DNA from: the human T2T-CHM13v2.0 reference genome, Homo sapiens
Assembly (NCBI RefSeq): GCF_009914755.1
Contig: NC_060932.1
Direction: 5' to 3' (one strand)
DNA length: 64,000 nt
Shown here piece by piece: positions 1 to 15,170 of this stretch. Below the pieces are notes generated by a model that saw only the letters and a program-made list of their open reading frames with translations, had not been told where the DNA came from and did no database searches. The stretch's first letter is position 1. Every line of letters begins with the position of its first letter. The position numbers and the translations under genes are program-made.

Positions 1-2072
1 AACTAACACGAACTTTACATACTGTCATCTGCACATCCATTTTTGTTTTTATCTAAAGTGACAGATTCACAATTTAAATGCTGAAACTAATTTGCCCAGT
101 TTTTAAAACACTAAGCTTTTAGGAACAAATGTAAATACTAAGACCAGAGCAGAAGTTCTCAAATTTGTTTCTTTTTAAAACTGTTTTAGTTTCTGGCCAT
201 GTGATGTTCAGTGAGACAAAAGCTCTTTCAACCACCTGCTCTCTTTGCCAACATCAAAAGAAACAAAAATATATCAACAGCATTAAATATAAAAGAGCAT
301 TTAATAAGACTCCATGTGGCAGCTAAAAAAGATGAAGAAAGTGAAAACAAAAGGGAAACTAAACTGAGTAATAAAAAACAAGAAAAAAGGAAAAATGTGA
401 GGAGAGGAAAGAAAAAGGATAAATAAGAGAAAATAAGAGTGGAACCTGATTTATATTTTTGTAACACACAGACCTTCCACTCCTTCTGGCCATTGGCTCA
501 GGCCTGAAATCAGTCTTAGCTTTAGGGCCCCCTAAAGTCCCAACCAACATCAAACTGATTCTCAAGAAGCAACTCATTGGCAACTTGCTTAGCTGTTGAA
601 ACTACTGGGACCATAAGAGGTTTGTGATGAAGACTCACTTGTGTGATGCTTTACCCACTCCATGCAGACCTGACTGTAAGACGCAGGAGACAGAGAAAGA
701 AGTGGTTCCATCAAAGTGAGTACCTTCCATACCTGTCCTGCTGCTCTCCCCTAAAGTATTATTCTGCAAGGAGAAACCTAGAAATCCAGGGTCCCAGACC
801 ATCCCTGTTGTTCTCAGGGTTTTTTTCCGGATAAGGAAGTGGCCTGAGCACAGCCAGGCTGTCACTAACACTCCTTAAGCGAAGAACCATACACATAAAC
901 CCATCTTAGGCTATTACATCAAATATTACTCCTCTTGAAAAGAGGCAAACTTGTACATCAGATTACATTATGTAATGCTACAGGTTTTTTTTTTCCTTCT
1001 ACTATGGGAAGAACAGTATGATGAATTCACGGAAAACCCCTGCACTTTCTGTCATGCAGCCATGAAGGAAGAGGGTAATAAGGCAACGGCACTCAAGCAT
1101 CCTAGATCTGCCTGGGTGGCTGGTAGGCAGTGATTTTCCCCAGCTCTGTGAATCCCAGCAATCCATCAAGGAGAATTGCTGGAGAAAATGAGAGAGAAAT
1201 GTCATAAACCTTGCTTTCATTTTATTCCAGTGGATGTGAGGATGTGTGCAGTTTAAGCAGATTATGCTTCCAAACTGGAGCTTGGTTTAGTGATTAAAAG
1301 ATAAAACAATTCAATTTAAATCTTTACCTAAATTTATCGGCTCAGATTTTCTGAATTGTACTGTGAAGTATTGTCATAAAGTGGAAATGTTTGATTCAAA
1401 GGTAATAAAAGCTATTGATCTACCGTGAAGCAATATTAATATTAACACACTGCTTTTATGATTAATTTGGTGCTGCATAAAAGAAAAAAATCAGGACCTT
1501 TTAGTTTTGGTGACTAAAGGAACAGTAGACTTTTGAAAATATATTTGTATGTACAATAAGATGAACTCATTATAGAGACAGTATACAAAGGGTTAGCCAT
1601 TAAAGTTGCATATTAAATGTCCAATCAGCAATTACTCAGTTAAATGAGAAGGCAAAACATGTATAGACTTTTGGCAACTCCATTTAAACATGGGACACAG
1701 GAATATACCTTTTTATGTGAGAACCAAAGAAGTGTTCATCTGGTCTAAAAAATCTGATGGGTTGTATCATCAAATACAAATGTCTGCTAAATCCCACTAT
1801 GTCTTTCTTAAAAGAGGAGTGCTTTCTAGACTCCTCATCCCAAGAAAAGGATGGCAGGCATAGTTGAGAGGAACATGGTTCAGTCTGCCCTCAAGGTCTT
1901 CATCAGTAATCTCACATAGTGAACACTGAACAGTATGAAATAATACTACTTTCAGCACCAACCTGCATTTCTGTGCAAACTTTAGCAACTCAGAATAGAT
2001 ACATGATCTTAGGAGCTCTTATTCTTCTTTTCTTCATCTACATAAAAAGAAAGAATACATATATTTCAGAGG

Positions 2073-2495
2073 TATCACAGTCTGTCTTGTGTTACTATAA
2101 AGAAATGCCTGAGGCTGGGTAATTTGTAAAGAAAAGAAGTTTATAGGCTTCAGCAGACTATACAAGAAGCATTGTGCCAGAATCTGCTTCTGATGAGAGC
2201 CTCAGGGCTGCTTCCACTCAAAAGGGAGGTGAAGGAGAGCCTGTGTGTGCAAAGATCACATGATGAAAGAGGAAGCAAAAGAGAGGGGTGGTGCCAGGCT
2301 CTTTTTAACAACCATCTCTCACAGGAACTAATAGGGCAAGAATTCATTCACTGCCCAAGGAGAGCATTAGTCTACTCGCAAGGAATCCACTTCCATGACC
2401 CAAGCACATCCTATATCCTATTAGGCCCCACCTCCAACACTGGGGATTAGATTTTAACATGAGGTTTAGAGGCAGGAAACATCCAAACCACAGCA
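2073..2495 (-). mobile_element. MaLR solo LTR, MST family (MSTB/MSTC-like)
   Basis: Reverse-complement MST motifs (ctgaggctgggtaatttgtaaagaaaag ... ggccccacctccaacactgggga ... atccaaaccacagca); perfect 5-bp TSD AGAGG at 2068-2072 and 2496-2500. Confidence 0.9.
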
Positions 2496-3229
2496 AGAGG
2501 ATAGCTATAAGATGAAATACAAATACAAATGAAAGTACCTAGCACAATCATGATATATTGCTTCTCAATAGATGCTTTTTCTCTCTCTCTCTCTCTCTCT
2601 CTCTGTTCTTACTTGCCTATAAGTATCTCTGTGTGATTTGGTGGTTGTGAGGGACAGAGGAGAAGAAATCAGAAAAAAAATCTGAAAGAGTAGAAGGAGC
2701 TATTTAGAGAAAAAAAAAATTAGTTAAAAAGACTCTTTAGCCATCTCTCGACAACAAATAATATGCATCCCTGCCAACAAAACTATATTTTTAATCCCAT
2801 TTGGATGCTTTCTTTAAGCAATAAAAAGTAGGTTTTCTAAAAATCCATGTATGTTTTTTTCCATTTATATAAGAAATGTACAGCAAGATTACTTTTACAG
2901 CTTGCAATGGCATGGGATTTTGTTTCTTTATTTGTTTTCTTTTTAACCATAGGAACTCTTAGAATATGACTACTAAATGTGCAGAGGTACTAAATCTGAA
3001 AAGTACAATCCTATAAGGGCATCATTTGCTCAGAGAATTGTGATAAGAACAATGTTTCTTAAAGTTATATATACATATGCATATATTTTAAAAATGTATA
3101 TAAATATCTCTATATAGATATACACACATACATACACACTCCTTTCCCCAGTAAATATAATGATGTTCTGCCACAAATGCTTCTTTGGCAGTAAACGTGA
3201 CTATTTCAGGCTATCTACTGACTATAAGA

Positions 3230-3480
3230 TGGTAATAATAGCTAATATTTATTGAGCATTTACTATTTGAAAGACACTATAATTAGGACCTAAAGTGCAT
3301 TACCTAATTAAATCCTCACAATTCCCTTGAGAGACTTTCTAGAATTGTGACCATTTTATGGGAGAAGATATCAAAGTATGAAGTTTTTTTATAACTTGCT
3401 CAAACACATTCCCTTACAAATGGGCCTAAATCCAGGGATTTGAACCCATTTCTTACTAATTACAAAATTGAATCTCTAAC
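3230..3480 (-). mobile_element. MIR SINE remnant
   Basis: taataatagctaatatttattgagcatttactat ... aatcctcacaa ... ggatttgaaccc matches the MIR reverse complement; boundaries approximate. Confidence 0.7.
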
Positions 3481-3922
3481 CCTCTATACAACTTAAAGAA
3501 CCAAACCTCATAGACTACCCATAAACGATAGTTTTAAATGGTAGTCACTTCGGGAAAAATAGATTGTTTACAGAAATTTTGCTCTATTCTTTAGAGAATT
3601 TCTCTTTTTATTAGAAAAAAGAATACACAGAGGAGAGAATTTTCTTTGAAATGAAAATTTAAGAAACTAGAAAATTAGATTTATATCATAGGCTCTGCCT
3701 TTCTACATATTTTTGTGAGAAATCAGCTATTTTTAGAGAGTCATAGAGTTTGATGGAGGAATTGGGGGTCTTGAAGGGAAATTGCTACCAGACTCAATGA
3801 CAGATTAAGGACAACTATAAAGCTGTTATAGAGTGACTTAGATTTTCTAGAACTGAAGGATTTTATCAGTCAGGATACAATAGACTATGCTTTGTAATAA
3901 ACAACCCTCAGATTATTGGTAG

Positions 3923-4312
<390 letters not shown>

Positions 4313-5510
4313 TGAGACCTAGACTGAAGAGCACCCCATCTCAGTCTATATCAGGACCATTGTTGTGGCAGAGGAAAAGAAATGAGACTCTAGAGAACAA
4401 CACCAACAGTAAGTAAGTGCTCCATTCATAGATATGTCACTCACACATTCAACACTCATTGGCCAGAATTAGGCTTGTGGCTTTACTCAACCTCAAAGGA
4501 TCCAGAAATTGAACCATTTCAAGTGTCTGATGGCCAGCGAGGTTCAGAGTAAGTTGAGGAGAATTTGTTGATGGAGTGCCCAAGGGCTGGGATGGAGAAA
4601 TTTTATAATTACAAAGATTTTAAACTAACTCTGTGGGGAGAAGCTTATTTTTCCTAACAGCAGAAGTCCCCTTAGGATGATACCTGATTGTGTGAGATTC
4701 ATACTTAGACAAACCATCTGGAACTGGTAGGACCACTGGTGCTCAGGGTGGTGTTGGTGGTGGGGCTGTGGGCAGAGAGAGAGATTATTGAGAGATTGAG
4801 AGAGAGAGAGAGAGAGAAGACACAGAGAAATATAAACAGCATTGAGGGGAAATCTAAGAACTGATGGCTGAAGAGGGACTTTAGAAAATATTAGAAATGT
4901 TTAAAGGGAATTTAAGATGCTTCTCTTTTCTTTGTCCTCCCCATCAGGTTCTTAGTTAAATTACTATGTTTGTCAATGCCTTGGGGAGTGGTGGTGCAAT
5001 AATGAAGTGCTAAATTCTGCAGCCAGGTTGGTAATGCCAGGTCAATACCTGACCTCTCTTTATTCTCCATTTCCAAACTACAGAAGAGCATAGGCGCAGA
5101 ACTTGGGCAGGAGAAACAGCTATAATAACTCAGTTTAGGAGAGTTTCCTCTAAGTCCATACAAATGAGTGAGGATATGAATGAGGGAGATTGTTTTTCCA
5201 CATTTTCAACATGTTCATCCCCTTCTTGCTGAGACATGATTGTGAGCATTCCAGTGCCTACACAAGGTGCATGTATCTCATAGACTGTGCTGTGATTGCT
5301 ATGGGTATCAAAATGTGCACTTCTGCTAATTCAGGTTTGAGGAACTCCATACTTCAACTTTGTAAGTAGAATTGCCATTTTGTTTTATATGCCTTAAATA
5401 TATGCACTTCCTTCACTTATATTACCTCATTTAATATTAGACTCAACTCTACAATGTAGGTAACACCACAGATTTTCTACTCATTTTATATATTAGAAAA
5501 TGAAGGACTA

Positions 5511-5814
5511 GGCCAGAGCTGTGGCTCATGCCTGTAATCCCAGCACTTTGGGAGCCCAAGGTGTGTGGATCACCTGAGCTCAAGAGTTCGAGACTAGCCT
5601 GAGCCATATGGTGAAACCCTGTCTCTACCAAAAAGAAAAAGAAAATTAGCTGGGGGAGGTGGTGTAGGCCTGTGGTCTTAGCTACTCGGGAGGCTACAAG
5701 GGAGCCTCCCTTAGCTACAAGGGAGGGACCCTTGACCCTGGGAAGCAGAGGTTGCAATAAGCAGAGATTGTGCCACTGCACTTGAGCCTGAGTGACAGAG
5801 TAAGACCCTGTCTC
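5511..5814 (+). mobile_element. Old Alu (AluJ/S-like) inserted in a MIR
   Basis: ggccagagctgtggctcatgcctgtaatcccagcactttgggag ... gacagagtaagaccctgtctc; small internal templated insertion at about 5696-5725. Confidence 0.93.
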
Positions 5815-5817
5815 AAG

Positions 5818-5849
<32 letters not shown>

Positions 5850-5857
5850 AAGAAGAA

Positions 5858-5913
<56 letters not shown>

Positions 5914-5945
5914 AGCAAGCGAGAAAGAAAAGAAAAGGAAAAGCT
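5815..5945 (+). repeat. (GA)n/(GAAA)n microsatellite derived from the Alu tail
   Basis: Direct reading; explains the KERK-rich and SFFL-rich ORFs at 5770 and 5715. Confidence 0.95.
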
Positions 5946-7429
5946 AAAGAAAACACACAAATAACTCAGTGGCAGAGCCAGAATCTTATTGCTCAGATGT
6001 CTTCTAACACCCAGGCTGGAACTTAGATTTATTGTACCTCCCGCTTTGTCAGAAGCTAAACTCTGAGTTAGCCATGAAGCATGGAAATATTTACCTGTTG
6101 GGTTACATTTGACAAAATACACTTGACCTCCTCTGATTTTGCTCATATTTCCCCCTGCTCCCTTCTACCTCTAGCAGTATCTATCTGCTCTAGGGACAGT
6201 TCTTTCCAGGAGAGGAGAATGTTTTCACCACCTCCCTCCCAGACAGACCAGTGTATTTTCTGAAGTTACTCCAGAGAGAGATGAAGTGCTTTTCATGCTG
6301 AAGACTTTCATCTCTTCTGGGCAGTTTTCTTGAAGTTAGCTTTCTCCTTCCCTAGTGGCTTTTAAAGGTTTATTTCAAAACTCCTATCTTCTCATTTTTT
6401 ATTTCCTTAGATCTTAGTCATTTTGGGGAGTTCTCGTGAAAGATTGACCGGTTTGTTGTTGTTGCTGTTGTTGTTGTTGTTATTGTTGTTTTAATGGGAG
6501 AAAATGTTAGTCTCTCTTTCCTCTTCCCTCACACCCTCTCCAACTCTATTATCAATCATTTATCCCTTCTTCCAGTGTATTAATTGACTCTTGGACTCGT
6601 AGAGTCTCTGGGCATGCCTACACTTTGACCTTGTAGTCACTGGAGGCCAGTGGTGTTCACTGGTTTCAGTCTTCCCATGTTCATCCCCATGCCCTGAAGG
6701 AAAAGTGCAATGAGCAAAAGCAAGCTACAGGAGGAAAGGCAGCTGCTACAAATGAGAGATTAGAAACTTTAGGTTTGCATCACTTTCTAAAGAGTCAAAG
6801 TTCCAAGTCAGAATAACCAATTATCTAGACTAGCTTATAGGCATATGCCTTCCAGAGAACAAGGGGGGCTCTTAGACCACTTAGACTTCCTTTTCAGAAG
6901 GAAACTTCCCACGGACAACTAGAATACGATACTGGGGTTAAGGCAAAAAGGCAAACATCCACTAAAATCCAGCACATTGGCTGCCACAAATAAAAATATA
7001 CCCAATTTTTTACACTTATACTTCTGAAAATGTTTCCATACATAAAAATAAACAGTTCTCAAATGCAGTTGTTTTTCTATTACTAATAATGCCCCTTCCT
7101 TAAAGGGAGATGATCCAAAAATCTCACCACTCAATGTATGTAGCTACATGTCCAGAATCTCTAGATGTCCATTTCTCTACTAATTTTGCTATTACCTCAT
7201 CAATATTCAGCAATCTTGACTGCATATGAAAGTTAAATATGACCAACAAGTCCTCTTTTCAATAGTAAGAAAAATGAAGAGGAAAAAGGGAGAGAGAGCT
7301 TTATAAAACTACATAAATATATGGTACTGCATGGAGGAGAAACAATAGCAATAAATAATGTTAACAATAGCTTTTCTAGTTAGTAAGTAGTATTTCTTAT
7401 GCACTTAATTTTGTACTTGTTTCTATGTT

Positions 7430-7570
7430 ACATCATGTTGTACTACTAGTAATTTTAGAAGGTAGATGCCATTGTTATCCACATTTTCAGAGGAACAGAA
7501 CTGAGGCACAGAGAGGTTAAAAGCCCACAGAGTTAGTAAGTCAGTGTGCAATCCACACAGCTGACCTCGA
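7430..7570 (-). mobile_element. MIR core remnant
   Basis: ccacattttcagaggaacagaactgaggcacagagaggttaa matches the MIR core reverse complement. Confidence 0.7.
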
Positions 7571-10500
7571 GAGCCCGCCGACACCTGCCACATGCTGTCA
7601 CTTCCCCTGTGCTTTTCAGTCCACCGTGTGATTACAGCCCTCAATTCTGCAGCTGTCCCCAAGGCAATTGAAGTGGATGACATCTGTGATATTCCTTCTT
7701 TACTATGCTTCAGTTAACATCTCGGATAACCTGGTTTCTCTACCCAGTGGAGAGGCGCAAACTTTTATTACTGAAGGAATCAGAACCTTGGACTTATGGC
7801 CAGGGTTCTCGTTTGAAGTTGCATTCAGATCCCAAGGACTTCTACTTGTGCATGTAACAATGATAAGTGTTGCTGGTGATCACTTAGTGCAATTCATGCT
7901 TTTTTGTTTTTTCCCACCTTCATTGGATGATAACAACACTATTTTCTCTTCTTAGTCTGACCGGATCTACACAACCCATAATGGAACTCTTTCCTTGCCC
8001 TTTCATCGAGTTGCACAAGCAAACTTAAATTGAAGAGCAGAATCCTATTTCATTGGAGAATGGATGTGTTCACCAATGATAGAATTCCTCCACTGGGCTC
8101 TAAAGCCTAAAGTCACTGAAATGGGAAGCAAATGTTTTGCTGTTGTAGGTGTGTTTTGTGTGAGGAATTTCACTCAATTCCTGTGTTTTTATGCCTGAAC
8201 CCGTATGGGGAAAATAGCAGTGTGTATTGATAGCATGATCAGATATTGGGCCACATGCTAAAGGCAACACTACAAACTCCTGGGTCTTGTCTTGCAGCGG
8301 TGCTGTAACCATGTCTTTAATAAGCTCTTCCACCACTGTCTAAGACCAGCTGCTTCTGAGAGATAAAAGGTTAAGATCTGTGAATCTCATAGGCACCCAT
8401 TCATTCTCTAGCTTCCTTCACTATAAATTAAATCGATTTGTAGGACTGTATGTAATTTGAGATTCCATTGTCACCCAGAAAGTTTCTCTCATATGATAGT
8501 GCTAGAAGATAAATGATAAAAAAAAAAAAAAGCAAACCCAGATCTAGAATCAATTTCTATTTTGTGAGGACAATTCATGGTGCCCGCTCTGTGGTGAAAG
8601 AAGTCAATTTAACAACACCTCCACCAGGGAACTAACTGTTACCTGGAAGTTCTGGTACCACAAAAAGGCACAAGCTTGGTTTCACTGGTAGCACATTAGG
8701 GATTCAGAGTCAGGTCAGCATCGACAAGGAAAAGCACATCTATCGCCTCCAATCCTGCCTCAAGTCTGACCTTCAATGGACATTTTATTCAAAGTGACCA
8801 CAAGTATATTGCATAAACTGTTTTGCTACAGCATGACTATGTCTTCAAGGGACCCATCGTGAATTATGATTTGGGTGAGAACTTCCCAGTGACTCTGGAG
8901 AACTTATCCAACAGTTGGAAAACTCCGATTATCAAAAATAAATGAATCAATAGTCAGATTTATTGCAGTGATTCCTACTACTGCATTAATCAAATATAAT
9001 GGGATGCTTAATTGATTGAAAATCATAGATACCTTTTAAAATATAAAAAAGATAATATGGGACAGTTAAAATATGTGGAATCATATTAATTGTAGTTAAA
9101 GCTATGTTTACAGTCTTAACTAAAAGGTTTACATCTTTAAATTACTTTTCTTCATACTATCGGGCAATACAATTTGCAGAAAAATTAAAGAAAATTACTT
9201 CACTTTTTGAAAGAAAAGAAAATTATAGAATGAATAATAAAGTTATTTCCCCTATACAAATATGACCCCCCTGAGAGTGTTGCAAGCTTTTTTCACATTT
9301 AATCTTCAGTATTATTTGGTAATTATTCAGCAAAATTGCCTATTCTTACTTACTAAACTCTATTAAATAGTTAGTAAAAAATTTAAACAATGATTTCAAA
9401 TTGTTATTTATTTCAATAATATTCTCTCTAATCCTGACCTATGGGTAATTAAGCATTCCATTTCAGTGGCACCACATGTCAAACACTACTGCCCTTCTAT
9501 TCTAAACTTGTGTGCATGCACAGGCCCATTAATGTGATTTGTATTCTTATTTGCATACTTTATTGTGGTAATATTCTGAGTTGAGAGTTTTTTGGAAAGT
9601 CCCGGTTACATAGGCCAGACATTGCCATCTGTTATTCTCATGCTGGAATCACCCAATCCCAATCATATTTTGTTTTGGCAATGGTCATATTTTTGGTGCC
9701 ACAAAAAAAAAGCGGGGGTGGGGAGGGAAGGAAGGATTCTGGAGGGAGGGGAGAAAGACTTGCTTACTTTAATAGCTACTCTCATTGATACATTTCAGAT
9801 TGAAACTCCTTGCCTCCTCACTGGACACTTAAAGATAATGGATCTCTAGTTTCTTACATCATCAAATGAGTAAGGGGCTATTTTAAAAAATAACACATGT
9901 GTGCCTGGTTTATCTTTTAACTTAGTATATATTTAATTTGGAAGGGTTTATGAAACATAAGAAAATAAGCAATAATAACAAAATCTGTCTAATCCCACAC
10001 TTAGAATATCTAACTTCAAATGTGCAATCTTCTGCTTAATTATTGGGTGATTAGGGAAGATCTCACTATTAATTTACCCATCTTTACAATTAAAAAAAAT
10101 CTTAAATTTGCTGTGAAGATTAAATGAGATGATAAACCTCAAATAACACAAAAGTGGATACACACACATAGTAGGAACTAATTAAATGTTACTTCACATT
10201 TAAATTCATTGACAGCCTAGGCAGGATGCTCTAAATGAATTGCTCTGAAATTGGTGACAACAACTTCAGAAGGAAATCTTCTTAAATGATTGAGAAGCAA
10301 TCTTATACTTGTTTTATAGCTTGAGTAATAGCATAAGAGAAACAACAATAAAACTAAGTGGTTGATGTGAAAGTCTTCTGAGTTTCCATGAAAACAAACA
10401 GTAAGACTGAATGTGAAGAGGTATCTTTGTGATAAATTCCATTATTTAATTTTTTTGAACTTTCAAAGTGATATTGAGTTGTTATATAGACTTTGTCTCA

Positions 10501-11244
10501 GGGATGCTTTAATTACTCATGGAAAGTCAACAGCATTTATAAATTAGAAACTTTAGGCAGTGATGTAGGTACACAGTTTTGTTTGTTTGTTTGTTTGTTT
10601 GTTTCTAATTCCTTAGGCCCCAATGCAGAGTACCTGAGGAATTACTAGCAGTGAATACATTTCTCACAAGGCAGAGAAGGGAAAGAGATAAGCAGCTCCT
10701 AAAACCCTGCTGCTTACCCAAAACTGTGATTTCGAGATCTGGTTCATCTATTTATCCACTTGGTGGGTGGCATTTTATGATAACGCAAGGATGAGAAAAA
10801 TATTTTGCCTTTCTATTATCAGATGCTGCAGATTGATGCCAATCTCAGAAACACAGAAATCAATTGCAATGGGAAGCAGGATCATGTTAAGCAAAGATTT
10901 GTCCCTTAGGGAAAGAAGCCCCATTGATTTCAGGAGATGTTAAAAACCTTTTAAGACTTGAACAAATAGTAAATAATCTATATTAATTTAGATAAAAGGA
11001 AATATTTGATTTTATATTTGATTTCAAGGAATGACACCTAATTTAGGAGTTTTACTCCATCATAATGTCATTCCTTAAACTTGACCTTGAAAAGAAGAAA
11101 GCTGGCAATTTTAATCTCCTGCTTGTATTCCACTTTTTGAAGTTTTAGCATTTTATTTTCTAAGTTCAATTACTTAACATGTTAAAAAGAGAAGATGAAT
11201 ATCATTATTTTAATTTTTTATATTTGGATACTATATTTCTTTTA

Positions 11245-11432
11245 AAAATGGGAGTTGGTGGGGAAGGTTGGAACGGGGTGAGCGATAAGAAACTACATAT
11301 TGGGTACAGTGCACACTCCTCAGGTGACAGGTACAACAAAATCTCAGAAATCACCACTAAAAAACTTACCCATGTAACCAAACACGACTTGTACCCCAAA
11401 ATCTATTGAAATAAAAATTGGAAATTAAAAAA
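11245..11432 (+). mobile_element. L1 3' end fragment (L1PB-like)
   Basis: aaactacatattgggtacagtgcacactcctcaggtgacagg ... catgtaaccaaacac ... gaaataaaa. Confidence 0.85.
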
Positions 11433-11682
11433 ATCGACCAAAAGACTTAAGTGCAGACCCTGAATCTAAGAAATCGTAAAAGCAAAGAAAAAAGCACCAG
11501 AAGAGAAGAGTTCATTCACATCACTGAATAGATATTGCCAGGATGTGATTTGGTCACTGTTATAATAATTCTGGAAGAGTGGACATTTTGTGAGCTTAAA
11601 GGGCTTGAAGAATGCCCGATGAGGAAATCATTTTACTCAATTACATTTTTAAAAAAATAACCATAGTCAGTAAATGTGTCTA

Positions 11683-11933
<251 letters not shown>

Positions 11934-11983
11934 TCACCTCAAAATATTCTCACATGTGCACTTCCATATACACATATAGATGC

Positions 11984-12311
<328 letters not shown>

Positions 12312-14529
12312 GATGTATGCATTTTGTGCTCCACAAAAGCCTGCCTCCTCTCCTTCAACAGGGAACTGGCCCTGGGGATGAGTCAGGTAGGATGAGAATC
12401 AGAGACAGTGAGGATACAGCTCTGCTAATCAACATGACTTTTGCTTGGTTTCCATCTTTAGTATGGCAGCAGACACCAAGTAGGAACCCAGACTAAATAT
12501 GAGGGGTGTGGGCTATTGGTAATTAGTTCCATTATTTTCATGTAAAGAAAATAGGCCTGACACATATAGGCCTAAGTCCCAAATAAACCTTCTCAAAATT
12601 TTGATATCTATTTTGACTGCCTAGAAATTATATGTATTTTTTTAGGAAAATAACTTTGAACTCTTAGAATAAATGTATTGAATGCTTTTTAATCATAAAC
12701 TGAGCTAGCTGTAGAGTGAGCATATAGTTAGGATTGGTTTCTAGGAAATAGACTAGCAGTTTAACTGCAGCCTAGGCTGCCTGGAGTAGCCAACAAAAAA
12801 CTACCTGTGTGAATGTTTTCCACTATACGGCTGTCACAGTGGACTCAGGATACTGCTAATACTGAGCAGCAGCAAGCTTTTAGCTTCCCCTTTCCAGTTT
12901 ACATGTAAGTGTTGTAACCTCTCCTGTAGCTGTAGGTTAACATATATTACAGCAATATGCACACAGTCCTAACTGAGGCTGCTAGCATTTTGGGCCCTTG
13001 TTTCTAAGCCACAAGGACCCCAGTAAAAAATGTATGAATTTTTGTAGTTTATATTTTTAGTACATTGCTAATAGAAAAAAACTCCACCATATAATATGTT
13101 CTAAAATTTAAAAAATATGTATATGCCTTGAAGCATTTCTATGATTAAATAGAAAAGTGTAGATTGGGTATGCATGATAAAATGGTAAAGTTTGAAGGTT
13201 AGAACAAAGGCCACTTATCAAATATCAACAAAGCACATTAAATTATTCTGTGGGAAATGAGCTGAGTTTCCAGAATAAGAGAGAGAAAACAGTCCATTAA
13301 GTTCTTAATACAAGTCTTTAAATTGGTGTAATTGAATTCTCATTGACTACAAGAATGATATTTCTATCAGCCTGTGCAATAAGAAGAGTAAACGAGAAAG
13401 CAGGGATGTTTTTCCTTTGGTGTAAATAACAGTAGATGACATGAGAATTTATAAGCCATTCTTAATCAGCTGAATGAACCTACTTTATGGTCAAATATGG
13501 CTGTACAAATACAATTCTGGGCTTTAAGTGGTAAAATTATTGTTCCAATTCAATTGATAATGGGAAAAGCTATTAGTGTGGAACATTAGCCAACTAGTTG
13601 AAAATTGCATTGCTTATCTTATGAGATTTTTGCAGTAGAAATCACAGTAGTTAAAAGGAAGTGGAATTTTCCAGGGAAGATAGAGCTTTGAAAGAAAACA
13701 AAAAGAAGGAAGCAAAGAAAAAGTCAACAAATTATAATTAGATAAATACTAGCTCAAGAGTGAAGACACCTATATTTTCCCCAGATTTTGCTAACTCTGG
13801 CTGGGATTCCCTTCTCATCTTTAAAAAATTTGAAATTATGCCACGTGATCTCTAAAATTTCTCCCAGCAGGTCAAAACACTTAACCCTTATTAATAGATA
13901 AGAAATAAATTTCACATAAACGTTACCATCTCAAACGTTACCTTCTGGAAAACCTGCACGATATTTTATTAATTCATCTGTTTGTTTGTTTTGTCTTTAG
14001 GTTTCTGTTTATCTTATGATTTGTTATTTTGTGTGTAAAGAAAGTCATGCGTTCCTAATGGTATATTTAAAGACAAGTTTGAAAAGGAAATCCAAATTGT
14101 GAATAGAATAATGGGGAACTGGAGGAACATAAGACACTGAATAAACACTTATGCTAAAGGCTGTTGCTACTATTATATTATTGTTGAAAGCCATATTACA
14201 CCGACAGCATTGTTAAATATCATACATATTGCTTCAAGTTATATAATTAGAATAGGCTCAAAGTAAAAAAAAAAAAAATAGTTTAGGGTATAGGAAGAAA
14301 TTTTAAAAAAGAAAAAAAGGAAGAGGAAGAGAAAGATAAGAAAAGAAAAGGAAAGAAGAGGCAAAGAAGTGAGCTACTTGTTACAAATTCCAGTGAGCAC
14401 CATGTGTACCAACAAAAATATGAACTGTGTCTCTAGCATTTTGCAATGAGGAGGCCCTGGACCAAAATCTCTCTTTTCAGAGCCACTATTAACTCCTAAT
14501 AGAACTCAGAGAATCGCTTCCTTTGTGGT

Positions 14530-15170
14530 CTCCTCACCGTTACACCTAACTCTCTCCTTCCTTCATCCATTCTCCAAGAGGAATTTAGAATTTTCCTAAA
14601 ATAAAAGAATGATCAAGTTGTTCTTTTGCTTAAAGCCCTTAGCCGACTTTCCATTGTACTTGGAAAAAAATCCCAAGATCTCAATCTGTTGTCCAAGGCC
14701 CTGTATGATCTAAATCATGCCTGTTTCTTTAGTCTCATCTTGTTCCATTTTCCCTGGCTCAACAGATTCTAGACACATTGGCCTTAAAGTTTTGAAACAC
14801 AACCAGACTTTGCCCTAGTCAGGGACACAGTGTTCTGTTGGTCTGCAATGCTCCCACTTACTTCCCCATTTTCTACCAGCATCAGCCTTTGATCTCTATT
14901 TCTACATTACTTTCTCACAAACCTTTCTCCCCCCTTCTCCTCTCTGCCCTATATCCTGTATGGCATACTAAATTAATTATCCTAGTATGCATGTTGATTT
15001 TTTCCACATCACTTTTCTCAATTTGTACTTATTTGTGGCATTCATTGTTTCATTCTTATTTCACTCACTAGCAAATAAACTTTATATCTATTTCAGCCAG
15101 CTATTAATCCTATTAATTCAGAGGAGTGTCTAACACATAGGCACTCAGCTTATTTGCTGAATAAATTAAT
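14530..15170 (+). mobile_element. L2 LINE 3' remnant
   Basis: ttgcttaaagccctt ... ttccattgtacttgg ... acataggcactcagcttatttgctgaataaattaat (L2 3' terminus). Confidence 0.7.

Noticed and set aside
211-426. Lysine-rich 71-aa ORF
   Set aside because: Low-complexity A-rich sequence with a GTG start and no recognisable homology.
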